Origin: Anthoceros angustus
Taxonomy: Eukaryota > Plantae > Anthocerotophyta
DNA: 64,000 nucleotides
NCBI GenBank assembly: GCA_010909165.1
Contig: VJWM01000192.1
Span: forward strand, 186,001 to 250,000
Reading direction: 5' to 3'
The notes under the pieces are model-generated. The model saw nothing but the letters and a program-made list of their open reading frames with translations, was not told where the DNA came from and ran no database searches. Shown here in pieces: positions 10,821-23,450 of this stretch (position 1 is its first letter; each line of letters starts with the position of its first letter). The position numbers and the translations under genes are program-made.

Positions 10821-13800
10821 CTACGGCGTGTGTGCATCCCCCACGGTAGTCTGGCAGACTACCGTGGTAGGGTGGTCACCTACCGAGGTAGGGTGACCCC
10901 CTGCGAGGGCGGGCTGTCCCCCCTCCTTGCTCTCCGCGCCGTCTCCCAATCCTGGTGTCGCGGTGGCTCCTTCACCTCCTGACTCCTCAGATTCCTCGGA
11001 GTCCATTTCGCTGATGGCCTCATCAAAATCGGAGGCCTCTGGCTGCACTTGTTGCAGCTCCCTTCTGTCATCATCATGAGGACCCAATGTCCTCCTTTTG
11101 GCCAACCGTAAGACTTCGTTGTTGGCCTTCAAGATCCTGTTGTGGAGGTGAGCCCCCAAGTTGTGATGCATTTGGAGATCATCAATCTCCGTGGGCCACT
11201 CTCCATCCTCACACCTACCTTGTAGGCATCTCTTGCGGTGGTTAATTCTCCCACCTTGACATGGAGGTTACATTCTCCTCCCTCACTTCCTTTATTTGGT
11301 GGCCAATTTTGCACGAAGGGCATAATCGCCCAAAATCGCTTCCTCACTACCGGCGTACATGCACCACCTTCTTGTGGCTCCTCCTCTGGACCTCCTTTGT
11401 TCCAGTCCTAATTCTTTGAGCAAGCCCCTCCTTCTCCGCTTGCCAAGCATTCCTTTCGCGCTCCGGCTCACGGTCTTGTGCTTCTCGCTCCGCTCCTCCT
11501 CTGAGACCTCCTTTGTTCCAGTCCTAATTCTTGGGCAAGCCCCTCCTTCTCCTTGCCAAGCATTCCTTTCGCTCCGGCTCACGGTCTTGTGCTTCTCGCT
11601 CCGCTCCTCTTCCAAATTGTCGGGTCCTTCTCAACTCCTCTCCCATATCCGGATTTTGATGGCTTGAGTAGCCATCACTGCTCATGTGCGGCCACTTCTT
11701 TGAGTTACCTTCTCCTTTCCTAGTGCCTCGGCCTTGCTTTTCCTCTCTTGCTCTAATTGGGCAAAATGCTCTTCCGCCTTTTGCCTCCAAGAATCCTTTT
11801 GGGTTGTTGCCGAATGGCTCTTTCTTCACTTGTGACAACTTCCCTCAGGGCTTTCTCCGCAGCTATCATGTGGAGCTTCTCCTGACCTTTCCAATTTGGC
11901 TGCCTTTTCATCGGACTCCATGGCTTCCAATTGCCATTTGGTCCTGCCTTTCTTGCTCTAATTGGGCAAAATGCTCTTCCGCCTTTTGCCTCCAAGAATC
12001 CTTTTGGGTTGTTGCCGAATGGCTCTTTCTTGACTTGTGACAACTTCCCTCAGGGCTTTCTCGCCGTCCATGAGGTCGTGGAGCTTCTCCTGACCTTTCC
12101 AATTTGGCTGCCTTTTCATCGGACTCCATGGCTTCCAATTGCCACTTAGTCCTGCCTTTCTTCCGGCCATGTCTTGAGATTTCACTTCCTCTTGGCATGC
12201 CCACAAGGAGGCTGCTAGGTCCCTAGCCCCTTCAAATCCACCGGTGAGTGCTTCACAAGCTCCAATTCTCCTAGGGGTCCTAATTCCACCCCTCTTCTTC
12301 TTTGGAAATTTCCAGCTCTCCGCACCCCGGCCTTCCTCGGCCTTGCTTTTCCTCTCCTTGTCGCTCCATCCGCTCTCCCACCCAGTAGCGGAGATGGTGG
12401 CCTCGGCGCCCTCGCGGCACCTCGCTTCTCCTTCCCTTCCACCTTGGTAGGCTGCTTGCTGGCGTGGGGTGCCTACAGCGGTGGCTGCTCCCCTGGTGCC
12501 TACCTACCATGGTGGTGGCCTTCTGATCTGCCCACCCCTTGGGTGGCGCCTCCCTCAGTAGTCAGCCGGGGTGCCTCTCGTAGGCACAAAGGAGATGGTG
12601 GGGACTCCCCACTCTGGCATCACCCCTCCTGTGGTCCTTCTCTCATAGACCACCATTCGGCCTTCCTCGGCTTCTTGCTCCTCTCCCTTGCTTGCTCACT
12701 GTGGGGAAAGGATTCCCACTCGGCAACCTTGTTGCCTCGCATCTTCTCCTCTTGCTTCTAGCATGCTTGTGGAGGTCGACCTCCCACCGTCTTCGCAATG
12801 CAAAGGCAAAGGCCTTTCCAACCTCGGTGGAGGTGGATGACCTCAAAGGGATGCCATGCATCTTCAAGCTCCTTGCTTGTGAGAAGTCCTCGGTTTCCCA
12901 TAAATGCACCAAATAGGTGCTAAGGTAGCAGGGCCTTGGCCTTCCTCATCCACCGAATTTGGCTTGAGGAGCTTCTCGATGGTGGATGTAGGCCTCATAC
13001 ATAATAGTCCCCAATCGGCTTGGCTCCCATGGAAATCTTCCACAAAATTGGAGGAAGTTGGTCTTTGAAATAAGAAGTGCGTTGGTAATTTACCAACCCC
13101 AGCACAATCTTTGCGAAGAGCCTCCACTTGACTCCTTGATGCTCTCGGTCTTCCGCCATTCTTGGCGTGGGCCTTCACTCCTCCATCCATCATGTCAAGG
13201 AACTCTGCGGGATGTCGGAGAGGGCATCCTCTTCCCTCCATTCGACCTTTCGAGAGAGCAATTCGAGCTCTCCTCCGGTCTTCCATACACTGTCGAATAC
13301 TTCGGTCCAGCGGATCCGTTCTAGCATTCCTTAGTGCGGCAGGCGCTTCCGATTGATGGAGGTTGATGTAACACTCCTCAATCAATTCCAAATTGGTGTA
13401 GGCCCATTGGCGGCCATACACCCATCCTAGTGGATGTTCTCCTCCTCCGCCCTTGAAATCAACCAAATCTCGGGGTTGAGCTGCCCAAAGCAAGTGAATT
13501 GAGGCATTTCGACCTCACCCCCTCCGGCGTAGCTCCACCTTCTTCCTTTCCTCCTCGCGAGGAGAGCCTTTACTGGCTCCTTCCTTGCCTTTCCAGCTCG
13601 AGGCATGGTGGCGTTCCTTCCCAAGTGTTGGAAGATTACTCTCCAATTTGAGAGCTTCAAAATTTCACACTTCCTCTTCCTTGTTGCGGTAACACTTCCT
13701 CTTCCTTCCTCGGCTTGCTCGTGGCGATGGCGGCTTTCCTTCCTTCCTTCTCTCCGTGGCCCTTCCTTCTCAGCCTACCGGCGTGGTGAGCTCCTTCCTT

Positions 13801-14100
13801 CCTCTTCCTTCCTCTCAATTTCACGGTCTCAAGTGCTCGCCTTCTTGGCTCGCTCACTTCCTCTCCGGTGGTTGGCGCGTGGTGAGCTCCTTCCTTGCTT
13901 GCGGTACTCGCGCTTTCTTCCTTCCACGGTCTCCTCTTGCTTCTAGCATTCCTTCCTTTCTCGATGGGCGCGCGCTCCTTCCTCGGCTTGCTGGCGATGG
14001 CGGCTTTCCTTCCTTCTGCGTCTTACGCTCCAACTCCAGCTCTCGTTCTAGCTCTTGAAGTGGAGGCGCGGTCCAAAGCGCACTTTGCCTCCTTTGGATG
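10821..14100 (-). pseudogene. Extra ORF in env-like position; putative plant-transposon-protein domain plus K/E/R-rich coiled-coil repeats
   Basis: Fragments LGWVYGRQWAYTNLELIEECYINL, PCYLSTYLVHLWETEDF, acidic tail DFDEAISEMDSEESEE; ~120-bp and ~200-bp internal duplications at 11.4-12.15 kb. Start coordinate approximate. Confidence 0.5.
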
Positions 14101-15579
14101 TCGCCACTGGCGGCACAACCCTAGATTGGATTCATCATTCCAAAATCCTAATTCTATCTAAACTACCTATTTTCCTATCACCTTTCGTTATCCTAATTAA
14201 CCGCTTCTAATTACTCTATATATTTATTCCCTATTGGTGAGCATATATAGTGGATATCCCCTCTATTCTAAATTTCCTTTTTAGCGAGATTCGTCTACCA
14301 CGGTGATACGCGACTTACAGCGGTAGTCGCTTCCTTCTCAGCCTACCGGCGTGGTGTGGCGACCTACGGTGATGCGCCGACCTACCAACCTTTCGGTGCC
14401 CTCACCTCTGCGGGGTCGTTTCGACCCGTTCTTCTTCACGGGATATCCTCTTCATCTTCCTAACAATATCCTACAACTCCGGCTTCAAGATTCTCGAAAA
14501 TTTCTTGGCATGCTCCTCTTCAATCGTTCTAGCCAAAAAAAATCAAACTTGTTTGTCTTGAGCTCTTTTGGGTGGTTGCCCAAACTTTTTACTGCGTTCC
14601 AGCGGCTCCTTAGGTGCGTGCCACCAATTCGCACCCTACCTCGTGCACGCTCCCCCCTTCCTTACTGGCAATTCCTACGGCCCCCCTCGCCACACTTTGC
14701 CCTACTCTTCTCGATTCTTCTGATACCACTGCACCCAGCCGCCCGGCCTTCTCGTGGGCTGCCGGCCCGATTATTCCCACTCCCATTGGACAGATTTCTG
14801 ATCGTGTCGGCATGTTTGCTCCTGATTGCTTCCGCCACGCCCTCGAGCTCCTCCACAGTCTTCGTTCACCGCCTACGGCTCCTCCTCGCCCGTAGCCTTG
14901 GATGCCGTCATTGCCTCAAGACTCGCCTCCAGCCTCCTGCTTGTTTCAGTCACCGCCGCATCCGCCCGGACTGCCATTCCACCAATTCGGCCCTCTTCTT
15001 GAGTCGCTCGTCGGCAGCTGCGCCTCGTGACTCATTGCGGCCATTTCTCCGCCTCAGTCACTGGTCCACAGTCCAGCCCGAGCTTGAGGTGTGGCGCCCG
15101 CGATCACTTTGCAAGTATTCCTTGTCTCTTCCTTGTGGAAATCGTTAATAGGACCCCCGTTACTTCCGTTCGGGTATTTCCAATGATTTCGCCTCAATTA
15201 GGTTTTCCAGATTGTAGGAAAATAATCCCGACTTAGTTGCTACCATAGCATGAGCTCCAGTGGTTCTTTGTCATAGTGTCTGCTGCTAGCATCGGCCTAG
15301 CGACCCAGCGTTAACCTTGAGCACCCAACCCTCCAAGGTTACGTCGAGGATCGGGACTAGACTCTCTTCCTCCCACTAGGCTCTAGTGAGACTTTTCATT
15401 TCCTAACCTACTTCACATCCAACTCCACGATTCTCGCAAGCGCAAACACAAAACAAAAACACTCCTTCCGAGGGGGTCCGAGTACCCATGTGGTCACCAC
15501 ATTAGTGCAGCAAGCTTGTCAACGTAAGCAGAAGGCGCCCGCATGCCGCGCCTCCCCACCCCTACTTCCTTATAAAGCC

Positions 15580-18500
15580 TCAATTCCAACATGAGGAATG
15601 GGAGGCGCCCTCCCTGCTCCTACTTCCTGTACTAAAGAAGAGATATACCTTCCCATCGAACGTTGTTTGAAACCTTGCAATGACATCGTCCGAAGAGTGC
15701 ATAGGGTATTCCTGCCGCACCATGTCGAAAGAGTCGCATCCTAAATGCTTTGCCATAGCCACTTGTATGACATGAAGTTTCTTCCACAGAGTGAGCTCCT
15801 TCGACATACCATTGAGGTCAAGCAAACCTGTCAAAACCTTTTCCGTCACACTGATGAGCATTTTTTGTCTAGTCTCACCTGGTGGAATTCCTTGGAAACT
15901 GCGCCATGGTTTCCCCTGCATCTCTTTCGGCTTCACGAAAACGCTTTCAACCGTCTTCACCTCCTCTCCAACTTTGTGTTTGCCCTTGCTCTTCTTGCTA
16001 GTGCCCGCTGCAACATGTTTGGCTTGTTCCGGGAGCTCCATCGCCTCCCACTTTGAAAAGATATTGTCGACATTTCTCCAAACCTTTCCCTCCAGTTTCC
16101 CAATGCATAGGATATGTGTCCTGTTGTCCACTTTGTTCGCTTATACTGCTCATCTTCCGGCCTTCGCCATCCTCGATCATTCTAACACCTTGTACAAATT
16201 GAACTTCCGGTTCATGCTCATTGTCACTCCACACGCTTTGCTATCTCAGCTCATCTGAGGTATCCGACCGCTCGATAAAGTTCATCTTCTTCCTTTGTCC
16301 GACATTGTGTTGTGGTGATTGCCAATACTCGCATCTCAAGAAGAGTAAGCCCACAGAAACATGAGCCTCCATCCATTGGAACCTTGCTTTCCCTGGTGAA
16401 ATGTCACCAAGTTGCTTCATAGCGGCGTATGTGTGATTGCCTCCCAGCACTCCCATAATATATTTTTTGCCCGAATCGTCCAATCAAGTTTTTCGATATC
16501 CCCGCAATGGATGGGTCAATCATACAAAGTAGTAGGCGGGAACACCTTCTTCAATCCGACCTTCGAGATGACTCGAGCTAAGTAGTTGGTCCATGCCTCA
16601 TCTACTTGCCGAACTGAGCATCTGAGTGAGGAACGGTGGCCTCAAATTCTCCACTTCACAAGAACTGCCTCGCACTACCTTCTTCGTGGCACATTCCGAC
16701 TTTTGCAAGTAATCCTCGTCCATCATTGAGGCCTCCAGTCTTTCTCCATCAGTTAACACATGCAATGTTGGAATATCACTGCTGTCAGAAGCCCTGGCAA
16801 CGCGCCTGACTTTTTTCCTGCTTGAACCCTCAGCAGTGTCCACGCTTTGAGATCTGCTATTTCCACCCCCAGCCCCGAGGCTTATACTCGTTCGCTACTC
16901 TTCAACCCTGATGCCACTTGTTCATAAGAACGCGGAGTGCCTTCACGGGCGCCGGCATGCCGGCGTCCCTCCTCATCGACATGTGCACCTTCACGGGCGC
17001 CGGCATGCCGCGCCCTCCTCATCCACATGTGCACCTTCACGGGCGGCATGCCGCGCCCTCCTCATCCACATGTGCACCTTCACGGGCGGCATGCCGCGCC
17101 CTCCTCATCCACATGTGCACCTTCACGGGCGGCATGCCGCGCCCTCCTCATCCACATGTGCACCTTCACGGGCGCCGGCATGCCGGCCCACCACCACATC
17201 TCGCACTCATCTGCTGCGAAATTGTCCGTCCCCGCCTCCTCTTCCGGGATGGAGGCTTGGGGTTCCCGACTGTTGTCAAAATCTTGGCGGGAATAGGGAC
17301 TCCGCCCATGGTGCTTGGGTGTCTTGGGAATGCTCGAGGGGCCGTAATCCGCCTCCTCCTCTCGCCCACTTTGCTCGTAACATATAGCATGGCCTGAATA
17401 CTTTCCCCTCTCCTCCTCGCCCTTCTCGCGGTCCTCCTCCTCTTCGATGCCTCCACATCAGAGTGACCGAGGATTTCGGGGATAGGCCCATCCTCCTCAT
17501 CGGAAGGTCCGAACTCTACCTCCTCATCCTCAAAATCCAAAGCAAAGTCTGGAAGTCCCTGTCGTGTTCTCCGCAATGACATTTCCCGTCGGTGACTCAC
17601 AATTGAGTTCGTGATGGCTTCACACAAACATCTGTAGAAAGATTTCGCAATCTGAGCAAAACAAACATCCACGATATTAGAATGTGGCTCACATACGCAT
17701 AAACATTCGCAACCACATGAAAATGTATCCTTACATTCTGCCCTCGCAAAGCCTCCGGAAAGTATAAGAGTTGTTTTGGCTCACACTTCTTACGCAAGCA
17801 TGCTAGTTTCAACACAAAGATGTAATCATCTGGCCGTGAGCGCGTGCCTCAAATTCATACGGCCGTGATGTGCAAAGAAGTCGGACTTGAGGATCTCCTT
17901 GGCTCGCATCCATAGTTGCCCACAAACCCACCGCTCTTGCTTTTGGTTTATGAGCACACCTATACCCAAAAATCCATAGCTTCAAAGATGAGTCCACACT
18001 ACATTGTCTTCATCCGGCTCTTGCTTTGTGTCAAAATCCAATCTTGCTCGTGCACCGTGTCCTCAAGTGGTTTGTGTGCCTCGAGCACCTGCCTCCACAT
18101 ACGTGTAGGGGATGGGTTTGGTCTGAACTCGCCGCCTCTGGATATACCACGCTTCTCCACACCGCCCGCTGCTTTTTGGTCGCTTTTTGCGTAAGCCTGA
18201 CCCGCCTTTGTTCCTCCTCTCCCGCTCCCCAACAACATGCTCCTCCGGTGCAATGATTGGCTCCCACAGAGCCGACCAATCTGTGGATCTTCTACAACTT
18301 CGCATCCTTTCTTCCTTTCTTACGCCTTGGGGCTTCTCGAGGGGCACCATGTGGCGGTCCAATGTCCGGCAGTCCTTTTTTCAAGGTCGCGCCATGTCCT
18401 GCGCCCAACAAGCATCATCAAATCCAGGAACTTGAGGACCAAATCCACAGCTTTGGGAAGAAAGACACCTCTCCGTCGATGAGCACGTCCGAGAAAACGT

Positions 18501-18669
18501 TGGGGAGCTTGCAGGCGATGGCGTCCTCCACGAGAATTCCAGTCGCACATACGTTGTGCCTCAAACACCAAATGTTCCACGCGGACAGAGCCTCCGTTAC
18601 GCTGTCTGCCGGTGCGTATTCCTGTAACTCGGGCTTGAAAACTGAGGAGGACAGCTGTGCGGCTCTCAT
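15580..18669 (-). pseudogene. Transposon cargo gene with ParB/Srx-like motif and 16-aa repeat; frameshifted in this assembly
   Basis: Protein-like fragments EALSAWNIWCLRHNV, DFEDEEVEFGPSDEED, QVDEAWTNYLARVISK, KKYIMGVLGGNHTYAAMKQL, QHNVGQRKKMNFIER. Confidence 0.5.
16937..17187. repeat. 48-bp coding minisatellite, about 5.5 copies
   Basis: Intact unit cacgggcgccggcatgccggcgtccctcctcatcgacatgtgcacctt encodes EGAHVDEEGRRHAGAR on the minus strand; other copies lose 2-5 nt in the palindrome. Confidence 0.9.
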
Positions 18670-20065
18670 TAAACCCTAATTGGGAACTGGACCTTAAGAA
18701 ACCCGCGTTCATCACGCCCGAGTAACCCTGATGTTCCAGCCGTCGTTTTTGAATAAATGAAGCGGTCCTAACGTACCATGCGGCATAGCTTTTTTGCGGT
18801 CGTCATTAGTTAAGCAAGAGCACATTGGTAAGCGTATCTGTAGGATTCTCAAATCACTCATTTCCTATTTTAACGACCTTGAGCTCTTTTGAGGACGGGA
18901 TGAACAAAGAGCCGAAGCTCATTGGAGTCTGTGGAGGACGAGAGCCGCGGCGCCCAGCTACAACATCGCAACCATGTTGCAGCCACGACCAAGAGGCGGC
19001 CGAGGTAATGCTTTTTGTTCACCGCTTGGTAAGCATTATCGCCTAGCTTGCGTTCAATTGGCATTCTGAACATGTTGAGTCCTGCTCCGGAGATGAAGTG
19101 CGGGAAGGAGATGATGCTTCCGAGTTCATGAGAGTACTTGATTCCCCCACTCAGAAAGAGAGGCAAGCACGGCTGGCACCCACGACTGGAATGGGCAGGC
19201 CTGTTCCATCTTGCTTCCCGCGGCCACTGAGTAGGGATTCGTATTCATTGTTGTCACATCTGTGCGAAGTTCTCTGCTAATTTGTCGGTCAATGTGGTGT
19301 CATGTGTGCTGGTCCGTAATGCTATGTTGTGCTTGGTGCAGGTCCTGGGTGGCGAAGGACTCACCAAAGATTCCGTATGCCCCAGTATGTACCCCCAACT
19401 TCAAGGAACTTGAACATGTACTCAGCCATGCAAAAAAGTCCTTGTGCGAGGAGGATCGCCCGTAGCAGACAAGAAGGAATAGACACGCCGTGGGATTGTT
19501 CAACCTCACGGTGGACACGGGGGAGCTCCCAATGGAGAGGACGGGGATGTATTTCAGACACCTCCACCGAATTACGAGGCTGGAGTGGGTGGCAATGCCA
19601 TCACATACCATCCCAAGCCTATTTGCGAGACATTACAACCTAGCAGCGATGCGGGTTTGTGTTCGGGCGGGCGTCAAGAAGAGGAGATATCAGGTGTGAA
19701 GATTTCCGCAAGCCTTGTTGCAACAAACTATGCATCCCCAAGTTTACGAAAGAAGCTTTCCAAGAGCAACGGTACAGGTTCTTGAGGATGGGGCGGAGCA
19801 GAGACCTTTCGCAATCTCTTGTCGTCCTAATTTCGTGCCAAAACAAGAGACAAGGTTTATACTCACCTCATGGGACAGTTCCAATGCAATCTTTGTTTAA
19901 AGGCCTTGCGAGTATACCTGCAGGATCGGCAAGGTACGAGGAGTTGAAGCATAGGGTCCTTGTAGATGCACCTTGGGATGCGAACAAGGCTAGCCCTCGT
20001 GTGCAATCCTCCCATGCTTTGGGTGCAATTGCGGATGGACTCCACTTTCCTCCACTTAGCGAGGC

Positions 20066-23000
20066 GGTTGCGAATGGAGGTATATAACCTACCGACACTT
20101 TCACGCGACTCGAGTTGTGGACACGACAAGATTGGAATGGGCGAAGGACTACGGTTTGTTTCCTATGCATACTTCTTGCGGTTGTGGGCTCAGAATTTCA
20201 AGCGTGTTAAGATACCAAAGTCCAACAGGTTCTCAACTTGTTCATTATGCGCGGGTTGAAGTGCAACATACGGGCACCGATGTCAAGTGACCAAGGTAGG
20301 CCCCTCCTCCGTAATTGGTTTTCTCGAGTTGTTGAAGCTGGTAATGGAAAGATGGAGTTTTGTGGGATGGACTGCATGGCGCAATGGCGGCGAGATGCCG
20401 GAGATGGTCTCTCGCTGCAGCCGGATGGGCAACATGGCGCCGTGATGCTCCATGCTTCAAGGCGCATGGGCTTCGCATGGCGAGGTGCTCCATGCTTCAA
20501 GGCGCATGGGCGCGCATGCCGGCGCCCATGCGCCCGTGATAGGCGCCACGGCGCCCGCCCGTGCAGTCGGCACATGGTGCATGCCGCCCATATCTTCGAG
20601 CATAGGCGTCGGCATGAGGCGCTAACTCGGCATGGGCGCCGGCATGCCGGCGCCCATGCGCCCGAGGCTGCCACAAGCAAGGGCGATGGCACCGCGGCGC
20701 TCACATTCCTTAGCGGCCGCTCTAAAGTAAGGCGATGGCATGCCGGCGCCCATGCCGGCCCCACAATGTCCCGGCATGGCGCATGGGCGCGCATGCCGGC
20801 GCCTGCAATCGAAGAGGCGCATGGGCGCGCATGCCGCCGCCCCACGCCGCCATATCGGCGACGCCGCTCATCGCCACACCCCGCCGGCACATTCCGACGC
20901 TCCCATGTGGTATGGTGCGGAAAAGCAAGCCGCATAAGTGCTTGCATGCACTCACGATGAACGCCGCCCATGTTTAGTATATATGCCGACGCCGTTATTG
21001 ATCTCTATTCAATGTCATTTACTTTGGATTTTGTGCAAGTTGTGATGGCATATAACATTCGATTGGGTCCAATCATCGATAGCTTCTTTTGGTATATTTC
21101 ATGGTTGGCCATATCTCGACCGTATTGTTGTGATGCTGCCTTGTACCAAGAGGCGAACAAGCATCGATACGATTGATGGAGGAAAGGAAGAAGTTGACCA
21201 AGCATCGCTCAAAATCTTACAAGGAGCCTCATAAATATATGTTGTTATCAATCGACGGTATGGACCAGAAGAAAACTTCACTCCCACATATTTTGAGGTG
21301 GCCCAAGGACTTGAAAGAGGACAATCGAATCACAGTACATGTGGTGGGCTGCATGATACATAACTACACATTCAAAACGCGGGCCTATCTGCATTATGCA
21401 AATTTAGCAAATGATGCAAACCTGACAATAACCATTATCCAGGATGTTATACATACCTATGCAGGATTACTTCCCAAGGTGTTATATCTACAGTTGGACA
21501 ACACATGTAGGGAGAACAAGAACCAGCTTTTATTTGCGTATTTGAACATGCTTGTGGAACTCGGACGTTTGAGAAAGTGAAGGTTGGTTTCCTTCTTGTC
21601 GCATACACACGACTGTAGATCAAATGTTCTCTTGTTTCTCCAAGCATTTAAAGCATAAAGAGGCGGTCCTTACCTACAATGCAAGAAATTTTGAGGAGTC
21701 ATTCACGCCAAATCCAGAGGTAATGTTGATGAGGTTGCCGACTTCCTCATTCGTGTGGCCTATAGGAATGTGGAGGTATATAACCTACCAGACACTTTCA
21801 CGCGACTCGAGTTGTGGACACAGTACAAGATTGGAATGGAGCAGAAAGGACTACGGTTTGTTTCCTATGCATACTTCTTGCGGTTGTGGGCTCAGAATTT
21901 CAAGCGTGTTAAGATACCAAAGTCCAACAGGTTCTCAACTTGTTCATTATGCGCGGGGTTGAAGTGCAACATACGGGGCACCGATGTCGGAAGTGACCAA
22001 GGTAGGCCCCCTCCTCCAGGTAATTGGTTTTCTCTGAGTTGTTGAACAGCCTGGGTACGGAAAAAGATGGAGTTTGTGGGATGGACTGCATGGCGCAATG
22101 GCGGCGAGATGCCGGCGGAGATGGTCTCTGCTGCGGTAGGATGCACAGCAACATGACCGTGATGCTGTTTGTATGGCGCGCATGGGCGCGAGGTGCGATG
22201 CTCCATGCTTCAAGGCGCGCGCATGCCGGCGCCCATGCGCCCTCGAGGATAGGCGTCGTCATGCCGGCGCCCATGCCGGCATGCCGGCGCCCATGCGCCA
22301 TCTTCGAGGCATGGGCGGCATGGCGCTAACTCGGCGCACGTGGGGCCATGCACGGCGCCACAAGCAAGGCGATGGCATGCCTCGCGCGCTCACATTCCTT
22401 AGCGGCCGGGCTCTAAAGTAAGGCGGAGGGCGCATGCCGCCCCACAATGTCACAGTATGGCGCGCATGCCGGCATGCCGGCGCCCGTCTGCAAGAAGAGG
22501 CGCATGGGCGGCATGCCGGCGCCCATGCGCCCTCTTGAAGCATGCATATATATCGTCACCACGCACATTCCGTGGCTCCCATGTGGTATGGTGCGGCGGA
22601 AAAGCAAGCCGCATAAGTGCATCGCTCACGCATGAACGCCGCCGCCCATGTTTAGTATATATGCCGCGTTATTGATCTCTATTCAATGTCATTTACAGTT
22701 TGGATTTTGTGCAACTGTTGTGATGGCATATAACATTCGATTGGGTCCAATCATGGATGATAGCTTCTTTTGGTATATTTCATGGTTGGCCATATCTCTG
22801 ACCGTATTGTTGTGATGCGGAACAGCCTTGTACCAAGAGGCACTGAACAAGCATCGTATACGATTGATGGAGGAAAGGAAGAAGTTGACCAAGCATCGCT
22901 CAAAATCTTACAAGGAGCCTCATAAATATATGTTGTTATCAATCGACGGTATGGACCAGAAGAAAACTTCACTCCCACATATTTTGAGGTGGCCCAAGGA

Positions 23001-23450
23001 CTTGAAAGAGGATAGTCGAATCACAGTACATGTGGTGGGCTGCATGATACATAACTACACATTCAAAGCGGGCCTATCGCATTATGCAAATTTAGCAAAT
23101 GATGCAAACGACAATAACCATTATCCAGATGTTATACATACCTATGCAGGATTACTTCCCAAGGTGTTATATCTATTGGACAACACATGTAGGGAGAACA
23201 AGAACCAGCTTTTATTTGCGTATTTGAACATGCTTGTGGAACTCGGACGTTTGAGAAAGTGAAGGTTGGTTTCCTTCTTGTCGGGCATACACCGTAGATC
23301 AAATGTTCTCTTGTTTCTCCAAGCATTTAAAGCATAAAGAGGCCAGGTCCTTACCTACAATGCAAGAAATTTTGAGGGAGTCATTCACGCCAAATCCAGA
23401 GGTAACTGTGTTGACAGAGGTTGCCGACTTCCGGTCATTCGTGTGGCCTA
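20066..23450. repeat. ~1.7-kb tandem duplication within the transposase
   Basis: ggaggtata(ta)acctacc(a)gacactttcacgcgactcgagttgtggacac near 20076 and 21772; junction near 21767. Confidence 0.9.
20440..20900. repeat. GC-rich palindromic minisatellite in a transposase intron (second copy 22170-22540)
   Basis: Iterated catg/ggcgcc/gccggc modules; perfect 30-bp palindrome gcatgggcgccggcatgccggcgcccatgc at 20630-20659. Confidence 0.85.

Larger units (their letters stand above)
9708..14597 (-). mobile_element. Long 3' internal region of a second copy of the same gypsy family
   Basis: 14371-14597 is a close copy of 1-215, which lies just downstream of integrase in the left element; the region ends at the PPT and shared LTR. 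Confidence 0.75.

Noticed and set aside
14600-15100. Possible gag zinc-knuckle remnant (KCGEGGRRNC) on the minus strand
   Set aside because: Too degenerate to call without a search.
15134-15501. TGTGG...CCACA-bounded segment resembling a solo LTR
   Set aside because: Flanks differ (TTCCT versus TTAGT), no PBS or PPT on either side, and no internal similarity to the 8985-9707 LTR.
16937-17187. CRISPR-like appearance of regular repeats (also the PPR units)
   Set aside because: No unique spacers; these are coding tandem repeats in eukaryotic DNA.
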